64,000 bases of DNA from Eledone cirrhosa (Eukaryota): positions 59,706,001 to 59,770,000 of the forward strand of contig OZ024740.1 of NCBI GenBank assembly GCA_964016885.1, read 5' to 3'. Below the pieces are notes generated by a model that was given only the letters and a program-made list of their open reading frames with translations, ran no database searches and was not told the origin of the DNA. This document shows positions 11,877 through 24,211 of this stretch, piece by piece. A program made the position numbers and the translations under genes. Every line of letters starts with the position of its first letter. The first letter of the stretch is position 1.

Positions 11877-13946
11877 CTAAAGGAATAAGGGTGGGGAGTT
11901 CAGGCCGGGGGGAGTGTGGGTCTGTAAGATGAAGATAGTTCGTTGTTCGACCGTAAGGCGATTGGCGGGGGTTCCGTGGCACTGGAGTAGGCCACAGACT
12001 GTGAGATGGTGTGCGGAATGTCCAGGGCCACCAAAGTGGCGGGCGATGGGGGAACTGCCCCCGAGACGAATATCCCGGAGGTGCTCCGTGACTCGGTCCG
12101 CCAGGCGACGTCCCGTCTGTCCGACATAAGTCGCGCTGCACTCCGTGCAGCGAAGTCCGTAGACTAGGTTGGAGGAGGTGCAGCGGAAGGCATGCCGGAT
12201 TGAGAGAGAGTGGCCGTTGTGACCCTGGGAGGTGGTGGTGTTGGTGATGTGGGGACAGGTGTTGCAGCGGGGCCTAGAACAGGGAAAGGAACCGGGGGGG
12301 GGGAACAGAGCGTGGGTTGGGGGGTAGGGAGCTGTGGACGAGGAGGGTGCGGAGATTGCGTGCGCGTTTGAAGGAGGGGAGTGGTGGGGTTGGGAAGATG
12401 TGGGAGGTGGAGGGGTCGGACTGGAGGCGTCGGAAGAGGCGGCAGATGGTGCGGTGGAGGGGTAAGGTGGAGGGGTGGTAAGTGATGGGGAAGGGGAGGC
12501 GGTGGGTGGGTGTGCGGTGGCGTGGGGTGAGGGTGGTGGAGCGGGGGACAGCACGGGCGCGGGTGAGAGCGGTGTGGACGAGAGAGGGGGGGTAACCTCT
12601 GCGGATGAAATGGCTGACTAGGGAAAGGGCCTGGGACTCAAAGTCAGCATCACGGCTACAGAGGCGCGGATCCTGAGAAGTTGGGAGTAGGGAATAGAGT
12701 GTTTAGTGTGTGTGGGGTGGGAAGAGGTGAAGTCGAGGTAAGAGTGGGAGTCGGTGGGTTTGAAGAAGGCGGAGGTGACGAGGGAGTGGTGGGAGGGGTC
12801 GAAGGCGACGGAGATGTCTAAGAAGTGGACGTGGGTGGTGGAGATAGAGGTGGTGAAGTGGAGGGAGGGGTGGAAGGAGCAGAAGAAGGAGAGAAAGGAG
12901 TCGAGCTGTTCTCGGGTGAGGGTCGTGGCTCCGATACAGTCGTCAATGTAACGACCGTACAGTTCGGGCGTGGGGCCGGTGTACTGGGCAAAGATTTGGG
13001 CCTCAACATGGCCAACAAAAAGGTTGGCATAGTTCGGGCCCATTCTTGTACCCATGGCTACCCCCGTGACCTGTTGGTAAAACTCACCCGAGAAGGAGAA
13101 ACAATTTAGGGTGAGGACCAGCTCGGCGAGGCGAAGGAGGGTGGTGGTGGAGGGAATGGGGGAGGGGCGAAGGTCGAGGTAGTGTTTGAAGGCGCGAAGG
13201 CCGTCGGCGTGGGGGATGACTGTATAGAGGGACTTGATGTCTAGGGTGAAGAGGAAGGGCTGTGGGCCGGGTGGGTAGGTGAAGGAGTCGAAAAGGCGCA
13301 GGGCATGGTTGGTGTCGGAGATGTGGGAGGGGAGGGTGGTGACAAGGGGGGCGAGGAGGGAGTCAAGAAAGGCGGAGATGAGTTCGGTGGGGCAGTTGCA
13401 AGCGGAGACGATGGGGCGGCCGGGGTTGTCGGGTTTGTGGAGTTTGGGGAGGAAGTAGATGGTGGGGGTGCGGAGGGTGCGGACGATGAGGTGGGAAGCG
13501 GTGGGGGGAGGAGGGAGGAGGCGATAAGGTCTTTCATGGTGGAGGAGACTTGTTGTTGGTAGAGGGGGTTCGATCGGAGGGTAGAGGGCGGTAAAAGAGG
13601 GGGTTACAGAGCTGCCTGAGGGCTTCGGCCGTGTAGAGGTCCGCGCGCCACACCACTACGGCGCCTCCCTTGTCCGCCGGTTTGATGACGATGTCATCTC
13701 GGCTACGGAGGGAGCGGAGAGCGAGGAGTTCGCCCCGTGAGATATTGTACCGTTTGGAACGGTGGCGGAAGTCGAAACGATTTACTGCGCTACGGCTGGG
13801 ATCGACGAAGGCGTCCAGGGTGCTAAATTGCCCTGGGGCCGGCGTCCAAGAAGATGGTCGTCGGCCCAGGGCGAGAAACGGGTCTGGGGCGTCCGGAGCC
13901 GGTGGCGTTCGGCTGAAATGTGCCTGTAGCTTAGTGCGTCGCACGA

Positions 13947-13947
<1 letters not shown>
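11877..13947 (-). pseudogene. Penelope RT/GIY-YIG polyprotein broken by frameshifts (ORF pieces 13534..14007, 12618..13055, 11877..12554)
   Basis: Consecutive PLE motifs are distributed over different reading frames. Confidence 0.85.
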
Positions 13948-13996
<49 letters not shown>

Positions 13997-14049
13997 AAAG
14001 AAACCATCCAAATTACCTTTGGATAGTATTTCTGTTTTGAGTAGGTATA

Positions 14050-17000
14050 TCATCATCATCATCTTTTAACGTCCATCTTCCACGCTAGCATGGGTTAGAC
14101 GGTTTTGTTCCATTTGATGCGGGAATAGTCCGGAGACCGTGTCTCGCTCACACGGAAGCGTCATGGCAGGTTTTTTTTACAGCTGGATACCCTTGCTAAC
14201 ACCAATCACATTTACAGTGTGGACTGGGGGCCTTTTCACTGTGTTTCCTACACGGCCACCTTATAGTGTGGACTGTTGTTTCATCGACACAGTGGGTGGA
14301 ACAGGAGAGGGAGGATGGGGTAGGGTGTGGGGTGTACATTGAGTTAAGAGGTGTCTACTGACTGTAGGTTTGTATGCAATGGCAGTCAGGTCTTCTGTAC
14401 AACTGAATGGCGCCAAAGGTCTCGATCCAGTGTCATTGTCTTGGAGAGGTGTAGGTGTGCATGGTCAGTTTTTATCACCTCGTCCCAGGTTTTTTTTGGT
14501 CTACCCACTCTGCAGCTTCCATCAATTTTCATTGCGCTGCATTTTTTTATACAGTTGTCGTCCTTCATACGCATCACATGCCCATACCAACGCAATCTCC
14601 TCTCCAGAACACAACATTTGATACTTCTTATGCTTAGTCTCCCTCTTAATTTGTTTATGCTTCGCCTTTCACGCACATTACTATTACATATCCATTGGAG
14701 CATGCAAGCTTCATTTCTTTCTAATCTAAGCAGATCTTCAGCACACAATGCCCAAGTCTCGCTACTATGTAATATCGACATTCGTATACATGCATCATAC
14801 AATCTGCCTTTCATTTTTAGAGAAAAACCCCTATGGCCAACAGCAGTATTAGCTCTCTGAACTTTTTCCACCCCGTTCTAACTCTGGCTACTACACCTTC
14901 AGAGCACCCTTCTACATTGCTGATTTTGTCACCCAGGTAACAGAAGGTGTCTACTATTTCTATAGAATCATCTGGGCAGTTGAAGGAGATATCATCCAGT
15001 GGGTCCTTGCTACTTACTGCACCTGAGCATTGGCCACATATAAAATCTACATTCTTAGATAGCTTACCTGTGATCCCACTACATCTATTATGTACCCATA
15101 GTTTGCATTTGAGACATAGAATGGAGTTTCTGCCTACTCCTTTCTTACACACTGAGCATGGCCATTTCCCAGAGGGTACCTGTACCCTATTCTCCTTTCT
15201 ACATACTAGATCCTTAATCTTAGACAAGTTGACTCTAAGGCCTTTTGAGTCAAGGCCATGCTTCTATGTTTGGAATTTCTTCTCTAGTTCAGCCATGGAT
15301 TCAGCTATGAGAGTTAGATCATCTGCATATAGAAGTTCCCATGGGCAGCCAGTCTTAAATCCCTCTGTTATAGCCTGTAGGACAATAATAAACAAGAGGG
15401 GGATAAGAACGGAGCCCTGGTGAACCCCTACTATTACGCTAAATTCATCACGATATTCATTGTTAATTCTAACCTTGCTGACTGTTCCTCTATACATGGC
15501 TTGTATACCCCTAGTTTTCTAAGAGCCCACCATATTAAGGTGCGTGGGACTCTGTCAAAGGCCTTCTCCAGGTAAACAAAAGCTAAGTAAAGGGGTTTAC
15601 TGTTAGCTAGATACTTCTCCTGTAATTGCCGTTCAAGGAAAAGAGCATCCGTGGTAGTTTTACCTGGCACAAACCCAAACTGCATTTCATCTGGATCAAT
15701 TTGGTCTCTAATGAGTTCAGTAATAACTCTTTCTGTGACTTTCATGATTTGGTCAACTAATTTAAAACTCCTATAGTTTCCTCTATCCAGAGCGTCTTCC
15801 TTTGCTCTTGTAACAGTTGATGATGATACTGCTACGCCAGTCATTTGGTATGACCCCATTCTGTATTACTTGGTTTACTATCCGGGTGACCATAGTATGT
15901 CCCACCATTCCAGATACCTTCAACATTTCAGCAACTATCCCCGAAGGCCCAGCTGCCTTGCCTGTCTTCATAATTTTGATTGCCTTACTTACTACACTAC
16001 CATTAACTTGCACAGCTGGTCCTTCTATTGGATCGATGTGGGGTAGACTATCTTTATTCCATTCATTCTCCACATTTAGTAGTCTCTTGTAGTGACACTT
16101 CCAAGCTACCTTTTTATCACAATCAGTGAGAACAAGTACACCATCGTCATTAAGGACACATGTCTCCCTGACAATATTACAGTTCTCCTTGACACATTGC
16201 CTTACAATCCTGAATATCTCACGTCTTTGGTCCTCCCATTGTAGAATGTTCTACCATTCTTTCCACACCTGCTTTTTGCTCTTGATGGACTCCTCCACCT
16301 TATTGTTCCACCACCATGTCCCTCTCCTCCTGCCTGAAAGTCTGCTCCAGCCACAGATTTCATTAGTCACCTTCAACAGGTTAACTTTCAGGAATTCCCA
16401 CTGTTCCTCTATATTGTATGACTCTAATTGCTCTTCCTTACTATCAAAAGCAACAAGTAATATGCCTTTGAATTTGTTACTGGCTGTGGGGTTCTTCAAC
16501 TTCCATAATCTTCTCCTTAAGGTATTCCTCTGTCGGTAATTACGTGTGGCCCTGACTATGAGGTCACTTACTATTAAATTATGTTGGGAGGCGCATTCTT
16601 CACGAGGGAGGAATTTAGTGTTAAAAGCAGACACTTTGTCTCATTTCCTAGTCAGGATAAAGTCTATCTGGCTGGTGTGCTCCCCCGATCTATACGTGAT
16701 CAAATGACTGTCACGTTTTTTGAAGTTTGTGCTGCAGACAGTCAGGTCATTTGCATCACAGAATTCCAGGATCCTGAAGCCTTCCTCATTTCTAGTACCA
16801 AACCGATAACTTTTATGGACACCATTATAGCCATCATAATGTTGTCCAACATGACCATTAAGGTCACCAGCAATAATTATATAGTCACTGTTGGGTATCT
16901 GGGAATTAGAGAGCATTAGAGACTCATAGAACCTCTCTTTATTAATGTCTGGTAATCCTGATTAGGGTGCATAAGCAGAAATAATTGATACAGTTGTCCG

Positions 17001-17280
17001 ATTTAGTGCTAATCTTATTTTAATGATCCTGTGATTCACTCTATCTACAGCAATTACCTTGTCTGCCCATTTTTCTGTTAACATAATTCCAACACCACCC
17101 AGCCCGCTATCACAACCCATCCAGAAAAGCTTATAGCATTGTTTCCTGCCCACAATGAATCTAGCAGACCCACCTCTCCACCTGGTCTCTTGAACATAAC
17201 AGACATCGACTTCCTTACATTCAAACATCTCTACAACCTCGTTTGAGCCACCTTTCAATATTCATGGTACCAATTCTGAA
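14050..17280 (-). mobile_element. RTE-clade LINE, near full length but decayed (APE endonuclease, RT, PHD finger)
   Basis: APE motifs VQETRW, IISAYAP, IAGDLNGHVG and SQIDFIL. RT motifs LEKAFDRVP, GVHQGSVL and ELLYADDL. PHD-like C4HC3 motif. (GAT)n tail at 14050. Many stops and frameshifts. Confidence 0.9.
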
Positions 17281-17644
17281 ATTTTGGATTTTGCTGGGGC
17301 AGAGAAAGGGATGGAATGGGGGCACAGCAAGAGGTGTGGGGGATGGAATTAAGTTATATATATAACTTCCCCCTCTGGGCACTCTTTTACTTTTCTTCTT
17401 TTAAGTAAACATTTTCTGGTTTAATTCCATCAGCACAGGTTGAATAAGTTGGCCCTCCCCTCCAAGCCAATGGAATGTTTGTTCCTGCCATGGTGCAATT
17501 GTTGTAACTGGCCTTAATAATTATATTAAAACTCGTCCTATGAACTTGAGTTGTTCTATACCTTGAATCTCTCTACCAAGCTATTACCACTGTGTGTGCA
17601 TATATATTTATTTATATATGTATATATATGTGTGTGAGTATGAA

Positions 17645-17935
17645 TGTGCATGGCTTAGTGGTTAGGCAATTGGGCTTACAATCAGGAGGTTGTTAGTTCA
17701 GTTCTTAGACACTTTATTTTACATTGCTCCTGCTTATTCAGTTGTAGAAATGTGTTGCGATGTTACTGGTGCCAAGCTATATCAGCCTTTGCCTTTCCCT
17801 TGGACAACATCAGTGGAATAGAGAGAGGAGACTGGTATGCATGGACAACTGCTTGTCTTCCACAAACAATATTGTCCAGACTTGTGACTCGGAGAGAAAC
17901 TTTCTTGGTGCAAGTCATTCATGACTAAAGGGGTG
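17645..17935 (+). mobile_element. tRNA-derived CORE-like SINE (decayed)
   Basis: A-box tggcttagtggttag and a B-box-like gttcagttc. The body gacactttattttacattg...tgtagaaatg is shared with the 18278 copy, but the tail differs. Confidence 0.65.
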
Positions 17936-18277
17936 TGTTTTGTCATGTCATGTCTTATATATATATATATTTATTGATCACTCACTCCTATGGAATAAAG
18001 TCATTGATCCTGTTTGATGGAGAACTCTCCAAAAAACCAATTTTGCTGTATGGTTTTATGATTCTAGATCCTATATTCTGTGAAATCCAAAGGCAAAAAA
18101 AATAAATTAAATTCAAAACGTTTTATTCAGAAGACTCAAGAATAAACGTTGCACTTTACTCTTCAGGGATTTGTTTTATTTTCCACATGACTGCTATTTG
18201 GTCATTTATAAGGAATTGATGCTCAAGATATAGTGAATTGCTTCTCTTCTATAAGGGATAATTTTAGTTTATATATG

Positions 18278-18660
18278 GAGGCACATGGCTTAGTGGTTAG
18301 AGCATTGGCCTTGCAATCGAAAGGTTGTGAGTTCAATTCTCAGACTGGGTGATGTGTTGTTTCCTTGAGCAAGACACTTTATTTCACATTGTTCCAGTTT
18401 ACTCAGCTGTAGAAATGAGATGATAGGACTGGGTTCCCTATCATTCCACTGCAAAGTGATCGTGGAGGTGCCATGGGAAAAAAGCATCCAGCCCACACTG
18501 TAAAGTGGACGTGTAGGCGCCACGGAAAAAAAGCACGCAGCACTCACTGTAAATGAGGTTGGTGTTAGGAAGGGCATCCAGCTGTAGAAATCAAGCCAGA
18601 ATCAGTTCCCATCCCACTTTTGCAAGCAGGGAAAAGCGGACGTAAAATGATGATGATGAT
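18278..18660 (+). mobile_element. tRNA-derived CORE-like SINE with RTE-derived 3' tail
   Basis: A-box TGGCTTAGTGGTTAG, B-box GTTCAATTC and CORE-like ccttgagcaagacactt. The tail at 18445-18610 matches the RTE 3' UTR at 43315-43472 and ends in (GAT)n. Confidence 0.85.
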
Positions 18661-19129
18661 AGAGAAAATCTCAAAACATGAGCTTAATTGCAATTAACAT
18701 GCTGAAGCTGACTGATGGTTTTATAGATTTAGTTAAAGCAACAGACTTCCATGAATCACTGTGTACAATTGTATACTCAGTGTTGGTAGGAGATATATGT
18801 ATTTTGTCACCTCTCTATCCCAGACTAATGCCATTGACTTGGGAAGGCAGCCAACTCATTTTGGCAAACTAGAGAAATGAGTTTCATTGAGCTTGGAAAG
18901 ATATCAAGACTGTTACAAAGCTTGGGGGATTTCAAGATTGTGTGTTTACATAGGAAACTTTCTTGAAGAGTTTGATAAGTTGATTTGCTATAAGGCAAAT
19001 CAGCTTATTGAAATTCTCCTTCAAATTCTTCTATGGACTGATCTTTGCCACACATATAACCACTAGTTTGTGTGAGGTTTTGGATTTTACTTTCTGTACT
19101 CCCACGGTCTATCGATGGGTACAAATAAG

Positions 19130-19350
19130 TTGTTAGATCACCAGATAAAATGCCTGGCAGTATTTGTTTCAGCTCTCTGCTCTCTGAGCTCAAATCCTGC
19201 CGAGATCAACTTTGCCTTTCATACTGTCAGAATCAATGAATAAAGTATCAATCAAGAACAGTGAATTGGCTGAGTTGTGAGAGTATCGGATAAGATGCCT
19301 TGCAGTATCTCTTTAACCACTTTACATTCTGAATTAAAATTCTCCTTTCC
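19130..19350 (+). mobile_element. Two decayed Nin-type SINE pieces
   Basis: tcaaatcctgccgagatcaactttgcctttcat resembles the reverse complement of the 27823-28045 SINE. A second head begins near 19260. Confidence 0.5.
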
Positions 19351-20489
19351 AATAGCAAAATTATTGCAAAGTACTAGCATTAAAGGTGCAACAAGATAAA
19401 GGATGGTTGCACACCCTGGGCAACCTATAGAAGAAACTAACAGATTCTGAAATTGACTGAAGCAATTCTTGACAATGAAAAGTGTGCTTGCAATGTTTAC
19501 AGAATGTGACACACAGCTCGTCTCTTCAATAAGTAAGAGTTTAATTTCCATAGTTTTGTTATATATATATTTCAATCATTAACAAATATTTTCAAATCAT
19601 ATTACATCATCATCATCATTGTTTTTACCTATGTCAGCATGGGTTAGACAAATCTTTTTGAAATAGTATTCTATGGCCAGATACTTTCCTGGTGACAACG
19701 TTCACTTATATTTTAAGTAAAGTATGGATTTTTATACATCTAACTGCTAAGCCTCATGGCTTCCTTTTGTATGGGACATAAACTAGCAATGCCAGATGTG
19801 AAGCCAACACAGACATGCAATTATACATACACACACGCACACACAATTTATATATATATATATTTATATATATATATATATACTATCAAAATTAGATTAA
19901 AGATGTCTGATGAGAATATCAGAAGCATGCGCCATACCACCTGTGGAATAAGTTCAAAGATACGAAGTATTAAATCCGAGCATTTATATTAAATTAAAAA
20001 TAAAAAGTTGAATGACATATATATATAAAATAAACACATCGGCTCCTAAGTCTGTTAGTAAAGCTTTTTATGTTAAAAGGACTCGACTACTGTTTCTAGC
20101 TGTCGATAACCCTATTCACGCCACTGGCTTGACAGTGACGCGATGTGTTTTTTTGAAACCACATGTGCTTTCCATCGTTATTTTCCCTGATTTGTTTTGG
20201 TGTGTAATAATAGATAGTTAAATCTTCTCCTTTGCCGATGATCCAACATTTGCCATCTGTGATTCATTGATTAATGGTGAAATATATTTCTTAAATGGAA
20301 TATACACAAAGTAGATTAATCTTTATTGCAAGGTATCTATATTCAAGGTTCTTGTTAATTTTTAATATGTTACCTCCGTAACTATGTGTGTTTACAAGTT
20401 ATCCCCTGTAATTGTTTGATGTGTTTATATATGTCATTCAACTTTTTATTTTTAATTTAATATATATATATATGGTGTATGTGATTAAG

Positions 20490-21005
20490 TGAAAATCTGG
20501 TGGAAGTACCAATATGAGCACTCAATGCAGAGGGAGAGTGCATATAATAAGAAAAAACCCGACTTCGATGGGTGGGACATGTCATCCGGATGGACAATCA
20601 CAGGCTTCCGAAGCAACTGATGTATGGGGAACTCTGCTCGGGGTAACGAAAGCAGGGCAGGCCTCTCAAGAGGTTCAAAGACTGTGTGAAGTCCAGCATC
20701 AACAACACTGGAATCGCCCCAAAACAACTCGAGTCTCATGCTCAGGACAGGACTGAGTGGCGAGCCCTTACCAGATGCACCAGAGACTCTTTTGAAGAGA
20801 AGAGACGGGCAGAGGTCACTGAGGCCCGTGAAAGGAGGAGAAAGGCATCAGTAGCTGCCCCAATCAACTCCGGTCTCTTCCCCTGCCCCCACTGTCCCCG
20901 AGCCTGCAAGTCAAGGATCGGGCCTCCACAGCCACCTTCGTGCCCATGGCAGACGAGAACAACAATAAAGAAGATGTCATCATCGTTTACGATGGACAAC
21001 CAAGA
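20490..21005 (+). mobile_element. RTE (BovB-like) LINE 3' fragment with C-terminal zinc finger
   Basis: Translation gives RLRWVGHVIRMDNHRLPKQLMYGEL..GRPLKRFKD and FPCPHCPRACKSRIG. Confidence 0.8.
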
Positions 21006-21020
21006 TATATAACAAAGAGC

Positions 21021-21414
21021 ATGTGGTATGATACCAGGTGGACAATAACGCACCAGAGTACTCAATACTTAGGGTAGTAGAGTGGGTAATAGGAAAAGAA
21101 TCAGGACCCCGACGGCTGAGCTCCGGCTGTTTCGACAGCTAGATCTGAACTAAGCCCCCCACCACTATGAAGGACTTTAACTATGTACACGACATTCTAG
21201 ATCATTGACCACTCCCCATGACAGACAAGAAAAACAACAAACTTTTTGGATTTTTTGCCTAGATATTTTAGATTTTTTTGCTTTGACTGCATGCCCATAT
21301 ATGGACTCTACCCCTTGATAAGTTCAGCTAGATTCCCAACGTTCTAACTCTGGTGGCTTAGTTTGGATCTAGCTGTCAAAACGGCTGGAGCTCAGTCATC
21401 TGGGTTCTGACTCT
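21021..21414. mobile_element. Non-autonomous element with ~63-bp inverted arms
   Basis: 21097-21160 is an imperfect reverse complement of 21352-21414. The leader is shared with 8690-8780. Confidence 0.65.
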
Positions 21415-22425
21415 ACGAACACACACCATCACACATACACTCACCCACACTCACTACATACCGATACACCACCCACTCCACTAACCCCCACTCACACACC
21501 CGCATTCAACCCCTACCCCCACCACCAGCCATACTAACACCCACTCTACCACACACACATCCAAACATGCACACACACACACCAGTACATTACACTCCCT
21601 CCGACTGTCCCCAGCAACTTCTCTCTCCCTCTCTCGCTCCCTGCACTACTAACACCCCTCACAAACATACACACACATCCCACTAACACCTCTACTAATA
21701 TACCCCCCCCCCACACACATACACACCCTCTCCCTCAACCTTTCTCACATACCCATACCCTCCCCTGTCCACCGCACCTCCGCACACACACACACATTCC
21801 ACACCACATACAGACCATCTCTATACCTGTCACTACTCTGCCAGCCATACATCCACACAACACAAAAACACTCACACACACACGTACATATCCTCACACA
21901 CACACACTCAGCCTCCAGACTCCACACACCCCCTCTCTGACCCCTCTCCATCCACATGCACACACACACACCAACTTTCACCCCACCCCATGTACACACC
22001 GGTTTCCCTATTACCCGAACATGGAACCTCGTTCTTCCCCCAACTCTCACATTCACATCCACACACACACACACATGTACACCTACACACGTACACACAC
22101 ACCATCCTCAGCCCTCCCCGCTCGGACCCTCCGTCTCCAACCCACCACCACCCCTACACGCCTCACACCCTTTCACCACTTGTTTCATTTTAATTTTTTT
22201 ACCCTCTAAAATTTGTTTACCCCCCCCCCCCCCCATTTTAATGTCTTTCCGCCACTCCCCCTCAAACCCTCAGAACTCTTTTCCTGCCTACTTTTCTCCT
22301 GATGAAGGGCTTATGCCCGAAACGTCCCCCCCCCACCACTCTCAAGCGTAAAACTAATTTTAACATTTTGTACTGCCTCTTCGCTTCCACGTTGTTTTTT
22401 TTGTTTTTTGTTTACTGTCTTAACT
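21415..22425 (+). mobile_element. 3' fragment of the Neptune-like Penelope family (CA-rich region plus pLTR)
   Basis: Homologous to the reverse complement of ~10262-11450, e.g. cgttcttcccccaac and tttgtactgcctct. Confidence 0.8.
22295..22330 (+). ncRNA. Minimal hammerhead ribozyme
   Basis: CTGATGA-a-GGGC-ttat-GCCC-GAAACGTC at 22299-22326. Confidence 0.75.
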
Positions 22426-23339
22426 ATAAAATATATATATACAATAGTTTTTTGTTAGTTTTCATCTGCCAAATTATTTCATAAGACATAAGTCAGCTTG
22501 AGACAATGTTGGAAGATTGTTCATAATACTATGCAGTGGGACCGAACCTAAAAACACATAGCTACAAAGTGAACTTTTTAACTGTTCATCATTGCCTGCT
22601 ACTTACTAAATGCTAATTTTTTTTTAAGAATATTTGAATATTTTACTCTAGACGTAAAAAAATTATCATTAATTAGTAACCAAAATGATTGATATCTTAG
22701 TTTCAAGATATCTTCTCTATTTCCTAGTAATGTTATGAGTGTTGGAAAAAATATGAATTGCAGTATTGAGTTACATTTCTTTACATTCTAAATTTGAAGC
22801 TCTTTGAAGTCAATTTAAACATTCATCTTTCAGGAGCCATAAAAGAAGCACCAGACAGGAACTGCAGTTGATTTTCATCAACTAAAGCCGCCTTCAAATT
22901 TTGAGAACATGTGCTTATACTAGAAATGATCATCATCCTTTTTACATGTTTTCCCTGCTGACATGGGTTAGAGACATTCTGAATCTATATTTACAAGCAG
23001 ATGACCTTCCTAACACCAACCCTTACTTGTTATTTAAGTACTGATTATCACACAACTAACCATTACATGTACTCTGTTCATGTGGGATATAAACGAATGT
23101 TACCCCCTAATGCAATGTAAAAACACAGAGACAAACGCATACACACATATGCATACACACATACACACACACATGCACGCACACATACACATTCATATAT
23201 GAAACAATTCTAGTCCTGTAAAAGCCATTTCTATATTGAATATTGTATATACTTTACTATGTGTTGAGTATCTTACTTACTGTGGTTACCCCCGATTGAA
23301 CCTGGGATACATACATAGATACATATATATATATATATA

Positions 23340-24211
23340 TGGGTACACAAGAGATGTAGTGGGATCTCAGGAAGCTTAACTAAGAATGTAGGCTTCACAT
23401 GTAGCAGCTGTGCTGGGACAGTAAGCAGCAAACAGCCACAGGAAACAGGCACCACCAAACTCTGGGAAGGCTCTGTAGAAACAGTAGACAGCTTCTGCTA
23501 CCTAGGTGACTGAATTAGCAGCAGAGGTGGGTGTTCGGAAAGTACAATAACTAGGGTAAGAACTGGATGGAAGAAGTTCAGGGAGCTACTACCACTGCTA
23601 ACTGCAAAAAGACTTTTCCCTCAAAATGAAAGGCAGACTGTATGATGCATGTATACGAACAGCAATGTTAAATGGTAGTGAGACCTGGGCGCTGTCTGTA
23701 GAAAACTTGCGTAGATTAAAAGAAACGAAGCCTGCATGCTCCGATGGATGTGTAATAGTAATATACGCGAACGGCAAAGCATAAACGAATTGAGAGAGAG
23801 ACTGAACATAAGAGGAATCAAATGCTGTGTACAGGAGAGGAGGTTGCGTTGGTAAGGACATGTGATGTGTATGAAAGATGACAGCTGCATAAAAAGGTGC
23901 AGAGCACTGGAAGTCAATGGAAGCCGCGGAGTGGGAAGATCCAAGAAGACCTGGGATGAGGTGATAAAAGCCGACCTTAACCAATTGCAGCTCTCAAAGG
24001 TGACCATGACCTCTGGCATCATGCAGTAATACAGAAGACCCGACTTCCCACGTGTAGGCACCACGGGAAAAAGCACCCAGCACTCACTGTAAATGAGGTT
24101 GGTGTTAGGAAGGGCATCCAGCTGTAGAAATCAACCGGACACTGCCCACAACAGGACAATCCGTCTAACCCATGCTAGCATGGAAGAACGGACGTAAAAT
24201 GGTGATGATGA
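23340..24211 (+). mobile_element. RTE LINE 3' fragment (subfamily B)
   Basis: Starts within the PHD region (WVHKRCSG) right after a (TA)n tract. Closely matches 42536-43588 and ends in gatgatg. Confidence 0.85.

Larger units (their letters stand above)
10262..13947 (-). mobile_element. Penelope-like element, Neptune-like (RT + GIY-YIG), 5'-truncated and frameshifted, with a long CA-rich 3' region and a hammerhead
   Basis: RT motifs IVIKPADKGGAVVV, GTRMGPNYANLF, GRYIDD, FLDI and KPTDSHSYL. Linker C-x4-C-x2-C. GIY-YIG-like LVYGLRC..YVGQTGR.L..R..EH. Flanked by (TA)n and (TG)n. Confidence 0.9.

Noticed and set aside
19895-19935. CTGATGAgaatatcaGAAGC
   Set aside because: No adequate stems and no GAAA.
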